A program made the position numbers and the translations under genes. The notes beneath the pieces are model-generated. The model had not been told where the DNA came from, did not search any database, and saw nothing but the letters and a program-made list of their open reading frames with translations. Shown one piece after another: positions 24,981 through 37,482 of a stretch of DNA of 64,000 nucleotides (within the stretch, counting starts at the first letter, position 1; each line of letters begins with the position of its first letter). The DNA comes from Malacoraja senta (taxonomy: Eukaryota): the NCBI GenBank assembly GCA_038087875.1, contig CM075988.1:1426001-1490000 (forward strand). The letters run 5' to 3'.

Positions 24981-25609
24981 CATGACTGACCGATGGGCCG
25001 TGATGGGATTAAATGAACAGAATTGCCCTGGCCGAGAGATGGTGTGGCCACAATGGGCCGAGTGACCTCCGATGTTGTAACCATTCTTTGATTCTGTGAT
25101 GGATATGAAGGGACCTGGGCAAGAAGGTTTTTCAAGAAGGTAACGTGCAGCTACCCTTTTTAATCATGATTATGGATAGGTAATCGATGCTGGCCTTGCA
25201 GTGATGGCCTCGTTCTGTGATGACTAAAGAAAAAACAATGAGTATCAGGAGCACCAAAAGACAAATGTAATACATCGGATTTAAATGAGGGTTACTTTTC
25301 TGCATAATTACTTGGGTCACTGTTACTAACCCGATGTGGACAGAAGCATTGCTTGATTAGGTTACTGAAAATAACAGCAGGAAAACAATTTGGGGACAGC
25401 AATGAGAACAAGTTAGGTCTAATGAAAGTCCAGTCAAGGATAATTAATATAATAATAAAGAACTGCAGATTATCAAAGACACAAAATGCTGGAGAAACTG
25501 AGCTAATCAGGGAGCATCCCTGGAGAGCATGGCTCGGTGATGTTTCAGGTTGGGACCCTTCTCTTATATATGAATAATCATGATATGTGTGCTGGATTTG
25601 AGAAAGTGT

Positions 25610-26918
25610 GTAAGAAGGAACTGCAAATGCTGGTTTAAACCAAAGATAGACACAAAAAGCTGGAGTAAATCAGCAGGACAGGCAGCATCTCTGAGAAGGA
25701 ATGGGTGATGTTTCGGGTCGAGACTCTTCAGACTGGTTATGTAGCAATGTTACAAAATTTTGAGATTTTAAAAATAAAGTCTGCAATTTATCCCATCAGA
25801 TAAAGCATAAAAAGAAGTTTAATTTGACACCTAATTCACTTTCATATCTTCAGTATTAAAGAAGTTATGGCCATTTTCATACTCGGAAATTAGCATCTTG
25901 TTCCCTATTGCTTTTTCATTGACTTAACTCAAAAGCTGTGATCGAGGACAGTTAAAAGCCCATAACTTTCTTAAAAATTAAGATAACTGAAAGAAATTTC
26001 CAGTTATTATAGATTGAAACATTCTGAAACAAATATGAAACAATCTTACTTAGAAGACATGAAAGTAAAGCATATAATTAGTTAGTTACCTAATTGTAGC
26101 TAATTACAAAATTCAATTACTAGATCTAAACATCTTATCAATTTCTTAAGAATAGATTAACATTTTTAAATAGCCTAAGTGTCCAAATAACATTCACTCA
26201 AGAATTCACAATATAACATAATTTTTAAATCTCATTTTCATGAATTTACAGGCCAAATGGAAGGAATTGAATGTTTAATACCTGTAAATTAATGGGCATT
26301 TAATTCATCTTGCGAGCGAGGATTTCTGGAACGCGATCTTTTGGAACGTTCATTTGCGGTGAATTTAACCCCGTATTGGCATGAAAAATACTGCCGTTAA
26401 TTCGGGGAATAAAATCACCGTGTCGCATGAAAAAATGTGAATTAAAGGCTTCTTAAGAAGCACTTTTATACATTTAAAGAAACCCCTTTCGTTTACCTGT
26501 CCCAGTGTGAAATCCGTCCCCGTTATCGGCGTTGACGCTTCAGAAGCTGATTTTAAAATTACTCTAGCGCTGACATTGACGATTTAATAAAAATAAAAAA
26601 TACACAAATCGCCACTAGGAACGATTCATCAGCCAACGCTTGTACAACAAAATATTAACTAGGACAAGGGAGGAGAAACCCGCGTTTTAACCCCGCCCCC
26701 CTTAAAGTCGCCAAAATCGCGCACACGGCCAGTGGCAGAATTACAGCGTGACTGAAGGTAAGTTTTGTAACATACCTAGGTTATGGATAAGGGAAACGAG
26801 AGATATAGGCGCTGATGTAGAGAGATAAAGAACAATGACTGAAAGAGATAAAGAACAATATATTTCATATATTTCATTCATTGTTCTTTATCTCTTTACA
26901 TCATCGCCTATATCTCTC
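25610..26918 (-). mobile_element. Penelope-derived repeat, split by a DNA transposon and ending in a 41-bp inverted repeat
   Basis: PLE terminus at 25610-25734; inverted pair 26798-26838 / 26878-26918. Confidence 0.7.
25742..26778. mobile_element. Non-autonomous DNA transposon, TAG...CTA ends, 7-bp TSD (hATw-like?)
   Basis: TIR tagcaatgttacaaaa / ttttgtaacataccta; TSD ggttatg at 25735-25741 and 26779-26785; homologous to 54433-56597. Confidence 0.85.
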
Positions 26919-27184
26919 ATAAATTAAGCGTTAAGCCAAATTACAGTATCACACTAAATATTAGTTTGTGGATAAATTGAGGAAAATTTTAAGACGTACT
27001 AATTTTAAAGGGAGGATCATGTTAAAACTAATGGAGAACTGAGACTGTATGCTGGAATCTTGAGCGAAACACAAAGTGCTGGAAGAACTCTGGGTCAAAC
27101 AGCATCTGTGGAGGAAATGGACAGATAATGTTTTCGGTTGGGTCCCTTCAGACTGAAATTTGGGGGGTAGGCAAAGCTGGAAAG

Positions 27185-28451
27185 TGTTAAACTGAGTTTT
27201 TTTGTCAATCTAAAGTCAACTTGACTCAAACGCTTGTAGCTGTTGAAATCGATTCTTTATTCAGCTGAGACTAGTCTCTGAACCTTCCAACACAGAGCTG
27301 GAAGCTCTGGGGCGGGTCCAGAGAATTTAGTAAGTTTGATACAAACTCATGGCATTTATATAGGTATTAGACATTTCAGATACAGAGGGTATGTCAAACT
27401 AGTAACCAATCATCGGAGTCCTTCTGGTGATTTACAACAGCAGTCACATGATCCCCCCTTCTGGCCTCATTTTACAACCTTCGTTTGCCTGTGGTTTAAC
27501 TTTGTTTAGAATTATTTTATTTCAACACGGCAAAACCCCAGTCGGCTCAATTATCAAAGACCACTCCTCAAAATATAACATACATATGTAATACAATGAT
27601 CACACAAGTCATACAACAAAACACACTTTCCATACCAAGAAGAAAGATATTTCTATAAATCTAAACAAAGTCTAATGTTTACAGTCCTACTAAGACACAA
27701 TACATTTCATAAATGGTTTCACTACATTTTTACACAGTTTAAAATACCATTACCTATGTATTAAAAACATTAATTATATGAGTTCGCCGAATTACACAGC
27801 TTCTAAGTAAAATTCAAAACCCACACACACCTCCCAACTCCAAGCAGACATGGGTCGTAAATCTGTCAACTTAATTGATAAGTGTTTGGTGCCAGGATAC
27901 AACTTCATTCTACATTACAGCCTCCCTTTCCTGCTATCTCTGGGAGATGGTTTTTCAATCTCTCTGCAAGGTATTTTACAAATATTACAGACTCAGGGTA
28001 AATTTACAACTTCAGACCATTACCTCAAAAGTACAGTTTCTCGATCCATAGAGTCTATTATCCCTCAGCCTTGAATTCTGTCTCAAACTCAGCATAACCA
28101 GCCATAACTTCATCTTTATGTCACATCAGAGCTCAAGAATGTGCCATAGAGAAAGAGCAGATGACCTCTGGCCTAAGAAGAGGCCCTATTCAGTAATCCA
28201 TTCTTCAACACAAAATCATATCAAATACAATTTCCTCCAGCGTTATAATTGCCTCAAAGCAATAAACTAAGCTACGCAGGTTCAGATTAATATTTCTATG
28301 TTTTGATTCATTTGTTCGCTGTATGTGTTTCTTTGTACTTTATTTCTTTAGGATACATGTGTTTCTGAAAACCTTAAGCTTTTCTCTTGCAAATTACCTA
28401 GCTTAAATAAAAGTCACTATCCGAGCAATTCTATTATATAATATTTCCTCA
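27185..28451 (-). mobile_element. Solo LTR, 1267 bp (ERV- or Gypsy-type), 4-bp TSD
   Basis: TG...CA ends; TSD aaag; minus-strand TATATAAA (27355-27362) followed by AATAAA (27256-27261); splits a PLE-derived repeat. Confidence 0.8.
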
Positions 28452-28554
28452 AAAGGAGAGATGGGAGCAGAACAAAGCCTGGCAAGTGACAGGCGGATAC
28501 AGGTATGGGGGGGGGGGGGGGGGGATGAGTGAAGAGAGTGAAAAGGAGATATCA

Positions 28555-29200
28555 ATGTCAGATCAGGGTATTGAGTATAGAAGTTGGGATATCATATTAC
28601 AGCTGTACGAGACACTGGTGAGGCCACACTTGTAGTGCTGTGTTCAGTTTTGGTCACCCTGCACTAGGAAAGATGTTGTTAACCTGGAAAGAGTGCACAG
28701 ATCATTTACGAGGATGTTGTCTGGACTCAAGGGCATGCTAGGACTGTATACCTTGGACGTAGGAGGATGAGTGGTGATATTATAAAGGTGTATAAGATCA
28801 TGAGGGGAATAGATAGAGTTGGATGCACAGTTTTTTTTAACCTAGAGTAGGGGAATCCAGGTTAAGAGAGCATAGTTTGAAGGTGAGATGGGAAAGATTT
28901 AATGGGAATCTGAGGGGAAACCTTTTCACACAGAGTGAAGGGTATATGGAATGAGCTTCCAAAGGAGGTGGTTGAGGCAGAAACTATACCAACATTTAAA
29001 AGACATTCAAACAGGCACGTGGATTGGAAAAAGTTAGAGTGATATGGACTAAACATAGGTAGGTGGGTCGGCCCCAGTTGGGCCAAAGGGCATGTAGGTG
29101 GGACAAGGTGGGTCGGCCCTAGTTGGGCCAAAGGGCATGTAGGTGGGTCGGCCCTAGTTGGGCCAAAGCGCCTGCTTCTGGGTTGCATGACTCGACTGTA
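28555..29200 (+). mobile_element. CR1 3' end with a triplicated unit of about 35 bp in the tail
   Basis: RPHL..CVQFWSP remnant; ggtgggtcggccctagttgggccaaag x3. Confidence 0.8.
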
Positions 29201-29429
29201 AAACAAGAGTAATTTACTTAACATGAATGATTAGCAAAGCATTAAGATAAGTAGCTGTGTCTATTGGCAGGATGCGAATATGATATTAAAAGAAGGAAAA
29301 TAATATGCTGAAGTGAGAGAAGTTGGTCATGAGGTGGAAGCTGGATGAGGGTTTTAAAATTTGATTGAAGCCAATAGATTTCGGAGTAAAGGGCGTCAGT
29401 GGCTTCAGTGGCTTTTTGTCTTTTTTGGT

Positions 29430-30240
29430 TCTACAATACAATATGGTTTTATTCGTCACATTGCACATAAAGTGCAAGTGAAATGAATTTGCCAGCAGCG
29501 GTACAATGATAAAGAACACACAATACACAATAAAAATTTAACACAAACATCCACCACAGCGTTCATCAATGTGGTGGAAGGCACAAAATTTGGCCAGTCC
29601 TCCTCCATTTTCCCCGTGGGCGGGACCTCAACCCTCCGCAGCCGTCGCTGCGGGTGTCCAGATGTTCAGACAAGGTAAGTTCCCGGTAAGTCCTGAATCG
29701 GTGCCTCCCTACCGGAGACCGCGGGTTCAAGATGGTGTAGGCCGCAGGCCGGCAGTCGGAGATTTAAAGTTCCCGCCGCGCCGCAGCCGGAAGCACCGCA
29801 GACCGCAGGGCCGGCGGTCGAAGCTCCTCTCCAGGGGTGATGGTAAGTCCGCGCCAGGCCCGCGGTAGAAGTTGGCCGCGGGCCGGCAGTGGTGGCTTCT
29901 TCTCCCGGGTCCCCCACGAGGGATCCCGGGCCGCGGACGCCGCGCCAGCTGGAGCTCTGCAGACCACGGCTTCAGGCTGCCGGCTGCCGCGGGCCAGCGA
30001 AACGGAGCGCTCCCCTACGGTGAGCCCCAACGAGGGCTCGCCCGCTCCACGGCGAGAGTCCACGCTGCGCCCGCCGCTGAAGCCCCGGGCGCGTCTCCGG
30101 GAAAGGCCGCCCAATCCTCGCTGTTAGGCCATGGGGGAGGCGATCTGCAAAAAGTCGCCTCTCCGTGGAGGAGGCGACCGAAGCGGTTCCCCCCTCACCC
30201 CCCACACAAAACACACAGAGGAACATTTAAAACATACTTC
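29430..30240 (-). mobile_element. GC-rich non-autonomous retroelement with Rex1-like 3' tail
   Basis: Tail (tttattcgtcaca on +) resembles other Rex1 tails here; CpG-island-like body with no recognisable protein. Confidence 0.55.
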
Positions 30241-30449
30241 TATTGGTTTTATGTATGCTTTACTGCATCTGGACCTGGAAAGCACATGCTAAAATAGAGG
30301 ATCTGGAAAATGGGCTTTCCAGGAGAAATATGGCGAAGTTCCAACTGATTTCATTTTTAGTCGAAGATTGCAATTGACTATTGCATAACAGCTTTTGTGA
30401 GATCGTTCATGTTGTCAGAGATTTTGGCAATTCTGTGTCTGAACCCTCA

Positions 30450-30792
30450 AACCGTGAAAGGCCTGGATAGAGTGGATGTGGAGAGGATATTTCCACTAGT
30501 GGGAAAGTCTAGGACCAGAGGCCATAGCCTCAGAATAAAAGGATGTACCTTGAGGAAGGAGATGAGGAGGAATTTCTTTAGTCAGAGTGGTGAATCTGTG
30601 GAATTCATTGCCACAGAAGGCTGTGAAGGCCAATGGATGTTTTTAAGGCAGAGTTGGATAGATTCTTGATTAATATGGGTGCTAGGGGTTATGGGAAGGA
30701 GAATGGGGTTGAGAGGGAAAGATAGATCAGTCACGATTGAATGGTGTAGACGATGGGCCGAGTGGCCTAATTCTGCTCCTATCACTTATGAA
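30450..30792 (+). mobile_element. CR1 3' end
   Basis: GLDRVDVERIFPLVGKSRTRGHSLRI plus tail. Confidence 0.85.
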
Positions 30793-31859
30793 TCTCAAAC
30801 TAGGGTAGCTGCAGTGATAATGTCATTCAAGAATCTCATCACCACTTTGATTACTTTGTGTTCCGTCTGCACTTTTCACCACCATTCATCACATGTATTC
30901 CGTACAAGATTTGCTACTTTTGATTGTTGAGGTACTTTCACAGCAACTTGCAGACCTGTACTGTCCATTGCTTACTGTGGATGTTCAGGTGTGCAGAAAC
31001 TGCTATCACTTTGTTATTCACTTTCCTAACGTGGATTTGTATTGTTGCTTAAGATCCAGATGTCCTTGTTACAATTCCTTTACCATACCTACTGCAGGAG
31101 TTCAACTAGTTAAGCTTTACAATGCATCAATACAAGATTGAATGAGATATTTATTGTGAGTAAAAGTTATTTGATTGGCAGAATAGTAGGAAGGAGATGG
31201 AAGTAGATTTTGCTGATCAATGTTGCATTATCTTCCTTCGCAGAAACTCTGAGAAATACCGACCAAAAAACTTTAATTTGTTTGGGTCCATTTCACGTGG
31301 ATATAGATCTCTGGTTCTTGGGTGCTTGATGGCTAATGAGGTTGGTATGTGCCTGTAAAAGTTGCCACAGGTTAGGCTGGAAGAGGTGGTATGGGAAGTG
31401 ATGGACTCCTTTCATTCTACTGGTTTTTGCCTGCATGCAATGACTTAGTTCTTTGTATGTTTCTTTGTGCTCCTACATTTCAGTGTTAATCAGCCAGGAA
31501 TTCCCTTAAATTGAGGGAATTCACTGTTTTTTCCCCAGAGGCTTTGAGAACATCCTGAATTGCTCACTCAATTTGCTCACATGGTAATCTTTTGCCTTGT
31601 TGAACTTGGAATAAAGTAATGCGAAAAGGAATATATTTGAAAAGAGAAATAAAACATGCTAGAAATACTCAAGAGGTCAGACAGCATCCATAATTGCTGC
31701 TGACCAGAGTAATGCCAGCATCTATTTCTATTTCAGAAGTGTAATAGGTCAATTTAGTGTAATCAGGGTCTCCGCCAGGGATGTTTGCTTGGTAATATTT
31801 GGAGGATTTTATGGTGACTATGTAGGTATAATTGTGGGACAGAAAATGTATTTTTCTGC

Positions 31860-33840
31860 TGCAAAGACAGATTCTTGAAAGCTGTAATACCTGCCTTGTG
31901 AGGGTTAAGGGTTTTCTGAACAAGAGAAGAACTCAAAGTGGGAAGGGAAGGACCACCTAGGCACAACTGGCATAAATAAGGCAAACAGAGAGGCTCTGCT
32001 GAAAGATTGAGGAAAGCGGGTCAAAATTTAAGCAGCAGAATCCAAGGATGATCTCTGGATTATTAACTGAGCACAATTTGGCAAAAGATAATTAGGATAA
32101 GAGAAGTAACTGTGGCTCAAAGCTTGGTGTGTTAGAAATGGTTTCAATTCATGAGGCAGGTTGGGAAGGTGAGAGCAGTTCTATTAAGATGGGCTTCACC
32201 TGAATTGTGATGGACCAGTTTCCTGGCAATAAGTTGTAGAAAGAATGTAAACACAATAGTTGGGGAAGGATTCTGAGAATGGGATGTGTAATAAATCGAG
32301 AGGAAAAGAGAGTGATGGCACAGAATTGTGAGGGAGCAGATGACACGCAACTGTGACAGGCTGGGCTAGAGAATGTAAGCACAAGTATGCAGCACCGAGC
32401 AATTTAATAGTAGAAACTTAGCCAAAGCTTGTCTTTTTTAATGCATGTAGCATTTGCAATAAGATAGATGAATTGACGGAAGAAATAGCAGCATATGATC
32501 TAATACCTACTATGTAGAGATATGCAGGGGAGGAAGTAGTTTAAGGCCCCCAAAATGTGACCGTATGATATTTCAACATAAATGGGGTAATATTTAGGCC
32601 ATGTATTAGGAAATTGCTGTTGTCATGGGAGATTTTACATTAATTAGATGAGCCAGACTGGCAAAGATATCATAAAAGTAGCATTTGTGGAGTGCGTCAC
32701 TGTTACAGAAGCTGCCCAAGGATGGGCTATTTTAGATTTGCTTGCGAGTAATGAAGAAGGCTAAATGAGAAGTGGTTAAAGATCTCCGAGGAGGGAGTGA
32801 GCACAGTATGATGGAATTCTAGATTCAGTTTGAGATGATCACAACAGGAAAGTACCACAGTCTTCAATCTAAATGTGGGCATTAGAATGACATGAAAGTG
32901 GAGCTTGGGTGGAATGAGCTAGGTCAGAACATAAACAGAGGCAGATATTCAAGTGGCAATCCAAAACAGCAGAAATGTATCCCAATCGGAGAGGGATTCC
33001 TTGAGGAAGGGGCACTATCTGCAGTTAACAAATGAGGTGAAGGATAATGTTTAATTGAAGGGTAGGCCATGCAAGGTGGTAGGCCAGATGACTAGTTCTT
33101 AGGATCTTGCAGCAAAAGATTTAAAAACCTCAAGAGATAAATTGATTTTTGAGAGCAAACTTTCACATTATATCAAGTCAAGCAGTAAGAGTTACTCTGG
33201 AAATGTAAAGAGCAAGATGGTGGCTAAGGTAAGTCTGGGACTGCTGGAGAACGAGGCTGGTGAATTAATAACAGGATGTGCCATTAGATGACGGAACTGT
33301 ACCATGGATGTAGTGAGCAGATGTAATTGCATAATTTTGAAATGGAGAATGGATGCATTGGGCCACATAGCCGAGATTAGGAGGAGGTAAAATGCAAGAA
33401 TCTATTGTTAAGAAAATGGATGATAACAATAGGATTGAGCAAAATCAAAAGTAATGTTATGAAGGAGAAATCATGCCTGACAAATCTTCCAAAGTTTTTT
33501 GCGTTTGCAGTTGGGAAAATAAGGGAGGAGAAACCAGTTGATATAGTGCATTTGAACTTTAAACAATTGTCTGAAAAAGTACCTCAAAATATTTAAAGCA
33601 AATTGAGAGCGCATGGGATTGGGGCTGATATAGTGGTGTGTAGAAGGTAGATTAATGGACGGAAAACAAGAGGAGTCAATGTCATTTTAGGGTTAGAAGG
33701 CTGAGACCAATGGGGTGCCATAAGGATTGGTGCGGGGGCTGCACAATCCAGATTCATGATTTGGATCAGAAGACCAAGTTTTGTTGACGTTTCATGGAGG
33801 ATGCAGAAAAGCATCAGGAAGATAGATTGGGCAAGTGAAA
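31860..33840 (+). mobile_element. Very old CR1 remnant (ORF1 to RT)
   Basis: atgggagatttt (MGDF), KSCLTNL..FF, VDIVHLNF, lost reading frames. Confidence 0.6.
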
Positions 33841-34066
33841 TGAAAGGTAGAAAAGTATTGGTCTTATTATTGTTACAGTGAACAACTTCCCTTTGCGTGC
33901 CATCAAGTCAATCAAATTATACATTAAGCCAAATTCAAGCCATACATAAATACAACAGGTAGTGCAATGAACAAAATACCAGAGTGCTGAATAAACTGTT
34001 ACAGCATGAACGCGTTACAGTTACAAAAAACGTTCAATTTCCATAATGAGGTAGGTTGGACGATCA

Positions 34067-34350
34067 GAATAAGAATAAGGGGTAGGCCATTTAGAACGGA
34101 GATGAGGAAAAACTTTTTCACCCAGATAGTTGTGAATCTGGAATTTTCTGCCTCAGAAGGCAGTGGAGGCCAATTCTCTGGATGCTTTCAAGAGAGAGTT
34201 AGGTAGAGCTCTTAATGATAGCGGAGTCAGGGAATATGGTGCGAAGGCAGGAACGGGGTACTGATTGTGGATGATCAGCCACGATCATAGTGAATGGTGG
34301 TGCTGGCTCGAAGGGCCGAATGGCCTACTCCTGCACCTATTGTCTATTGG
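34067..34350 (+). mobile_element. CR1 3' end nested in a Rex1 tail remnant (about 33860-34510, minus)
   Basis: RIRGRPFRTEMRKNFFTQ plus ctattgtctattg tail. Confidence 0.85.
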
Positions 34351-34512
34351 CTACACCCTACCTTATGGGAGGACCATTCAGTCATCTGATAACAGCAGGG
34401 CAGGAGCTGTTCCTTAATCTCCTGGTATGTGCTTTCAAGCTTTTGTATCCTCTGCCTGAGTGGAGAAGGGCGAAGATGGGGTGACTGGGGTGAATAAGGT
34501 TATTGATTATGT

Positions 34513-34642
34513 GTAGGAAGAAACTGTAGATGCTGGTTTAAACCAAAGATAGACACAAAAAGTTGGAGTTACGCTGCTGGTCAGGCAGCATCTCTGGAGA
34601 AAGGGAATAGGTGATGTTTCAGTCGAGACCCTTCTTCAGACC
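34513..34642 (-). mobile_element. Penelope-derived short repeat with decayed hammerhead motif
   Basis: Minus strand aggt-ctgaagaagggtctcgactgaaacatc-acct. Confidence 0.75.
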
Positions 34643-34708
34643 TGTTGGAAAAGTGAATTCATTCACCTTGGGTGTAGGGGAATAAAATAAAGTTGGAGAA
34701 GCTCAATT

Positions 34709-35951
34709 ATGAATGAATGAATGAATGCCATTTTATTGTCACTATACACATGTACAATGAGATTAAAAGCAGCTCATACTCAGTGCAGACATGTAATTAG
34801 TTCAAAAAACAAAAAAACAAAACAAAAGGGGGGTGGGGGGGATAAGGTGCACAGTTTTGCGGCGCTATATACATATCTATAAAAAGACAATGGGTAAATA
34901 GAGTGAATAAATAGGATTCCTATATACAGTATGGGTTATTGCACATATTAAAAATTACAGTTACAGTACAAATTACAGTAGGTGGATAGATGGAAGTCCG
35001 GGGGTTAAGCTGTGAAGTCAGTGCATGTGTGAGTTCTGAGAGGTTATGGCTTTTGGAAAGCAACTGTTCTTGAATCTATTTGTCCTTGTTCTGATGCACC
35101 TATAGCGCCTCCCTGAGGGCAGCAGGTCGAACAGGCCAAACACAGGATGGGAGCTGTCCTGGATGATGTTCTTCGCCCTGCTGAGGCAGCGGGAGGTGTA
35201 AATGTCCATCAGGGAGGGGAGAGGGCAGCCAATGATCTTCTGTGCTGCCCTAACTACCCTCTGAAGCCTCTCCCTGTCTGCCATGGTGCAGCTGCCGTAC
35301 CATGCTGTAATGCAGTATGTCAGCAGGCTCTCAATGGACGAGCGGTAGAAGGTCAGCAGCAGGTTGGAGTCCAGGTTGTACTTTCTGAGGACCCTCAGGA
35401 AGTGCAGCCGCTGCTGAGCCTTCTTGATGACCGCTGTGATGTTGTCTGTCCAGGAGATGTCAGCGGAGATGAGGACGCCGAGAAACCGGAAGGTGTAGAC
35501 CCTCTCCACACACTCGCCGTTGATGTATAGGGGGGCTAAGTCGGTGCTGTGCCTCCTGAAGTCGACAATGAGCTCTTTTGTTTTCTTGGTGTTCAGAGCC
35601 AAGTTGTTTTCTGAGCACCAGGCTGTCAACTTCAGGACTTCCTCTCTATAAGCTGCCTCGTCTCCCCTTGAGATGAGTCCGACTACTGTAGTGTCGTCAG
35701 CAAACTTGACGATGCGGTTGTTGTTATGGGCCGGACTACAGTCGTGGGTGTAGAGACAGTATAGGAGGGGGCTTAGCACACAGCCCTGTGGGGAGCCGGT
35801 ACTCAACATGCGAGTGGAGGAGAGGTGGGGGCCGAGTCTCACAGTCTGGGGCCGGTTGGTGAGGGAGTCCTTTATCCAGGCACATGTGAGAGTGGGGAGG
35901 CCGAGAGTGACCAGTTTGTCGATGAGTATGTCCGGAATGATAGTATTGAAA
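34709..35951 (-). mobile_element. Young Rex1/Babar LINE, 5'-truncated, with uninterrupted RT C-terminal ORF
   Basis: [46 protein letters not shown]; (CATT)n tail. Confidence 0.95.
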
Positions 35952-36409
35952 TTTACACAAATTGTACCTGAAACCATTTTATTCTCTGCATCCTGCACAA
36001 CCATTCCGGCAAATTAAACGTGGGAAGAAGCTGACATGGTCAGAGGGAAAATGAAGAGATTAACAGCATTTGCTTTTCAGAGGGACGTGCGCAGATCACT
36101 GAATATTAATGACGGGTACAGCGAGTAATTCAGAATGTAAACAGTATGTAGGCTTTTGCAAGAGATTGGCTGCAGCACTAAAAATGTAAGACTGAAGTTA
36201 CGGTCCTTGTGAGACTGCACTTAAAGTAAGAGTGTGAGAGAGATATGCAGGTCCTTCAGCCCACCAAATTCAAGCTGACCACTCAGCATCTATTTTTACA
36301 CAAATTGTACCTGAAACCATTTTATTCTCCGCATCCTGCACAACCATTCCGGCAAATTAAATGTGGGAAGAAGCTGACATGGTCAGAGGGAAAATGTGCA
36401 AACTCCAAT

Positions 36410-36833
36410 TGTAGTGACAGTTTTTTTACAACATCTCAAGGATTTAGTCCTCGATAGTCACTTTAATTGATGACCGTGGATCAGACCGCACCCACGAGCT
36501 CTCCACGAGACATTCAGTGGCGTTGAAAAATGAATCTTCCAAAAACACTCTTGATTAATAGTTTCTTTATTGTAGTGGTACAAACAGTAAGATAATTCAT
36601 AAAAGCTTCTTCTTGTATAAGTACATTTCAAACATACTCGTGGTCATGCTCGGTCGACCACTATGTCTCTTCCCCGATCTTCTTCGAACTAAACTAAACA
36701 CTTTGGGAGTCTGCGCCAGAATCCCAGCCACAAACCACGCCCCAGACTACGTATAAATCCCACCCACATAATTACAGGCAGATAAATCTAGTTATAGTTA
36801 TAACATACTAAGTTAAGCTAAATGGCTACTACA
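36410..36833 (-). mobile_element. Solo LTR, 424 bp, 5-bp TSD
   Basis: tgtagt...actaca perfect 6-bp terminal inverted repeat; TSD ccaat at 36405-36409 and 36834-36838; minus-strand AATAAA near 36566; inside an HE1-like SINE. Confidence 0.85.
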
Positions 36834-37482
36834 CCAATAGACAGCACAAGAGGTAGGGAGTGAACCCAGTTTACTAGAAATGTGAGGCAGCAGGTCTACT
36901 TGTTACGCACCATACTACCCATTTTGTACAAGTCATCGCCATATCCAAGGACAGACATAGTGGGTAGCACAGGGACAATGAAGATTCACCCGACTAATTC
37001 TTAGGATGAGGCAATGCACTCTGGAGAAAGATAAGGTAAACTATTTTGTAGAGTTTGAAAGAATCTTGTTGAAACGTTTACAATTTAGAGGATAAAGCGG
37101 GGGCCGCGTTCCCCCTAGCTAAGGTGTCAGGAACATTGTCGGGGGGGGTGGGGGGAGACTATAGCCTTCCGCAGTTTGCAGAAGTAAAATAATGGTTGAA
37201 GTTTATTGTAGAGAAACAGATTAATGTTCTTGAGATGATATTTAAATATAGCAATTTGAAATATGCAAGAAATCTGACTGGGACAGAGGTAATATATCTT
37301 TAAATATATTTAAAGTGACCGGACAAGTTGAGATTTTTTTTTCAAGAAAAATAATTTCAGGTCGTCTTAATAGAAGGGTACTGAAGCAAGAACATTCCTT
37401 CAACATTTACAGAAGGACTGGCAGGATTCCAACTAAAAAATAGGATTCTAACATGGAGCATGCAGAACATAGAAAAGTACAT

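Noticed and set aside
29569..30297. Overlapping Arg/Pro/Ala-rich ORFs as host genes
   Set aside because: Expected from high GC in all six frames, inside a repeat-like element
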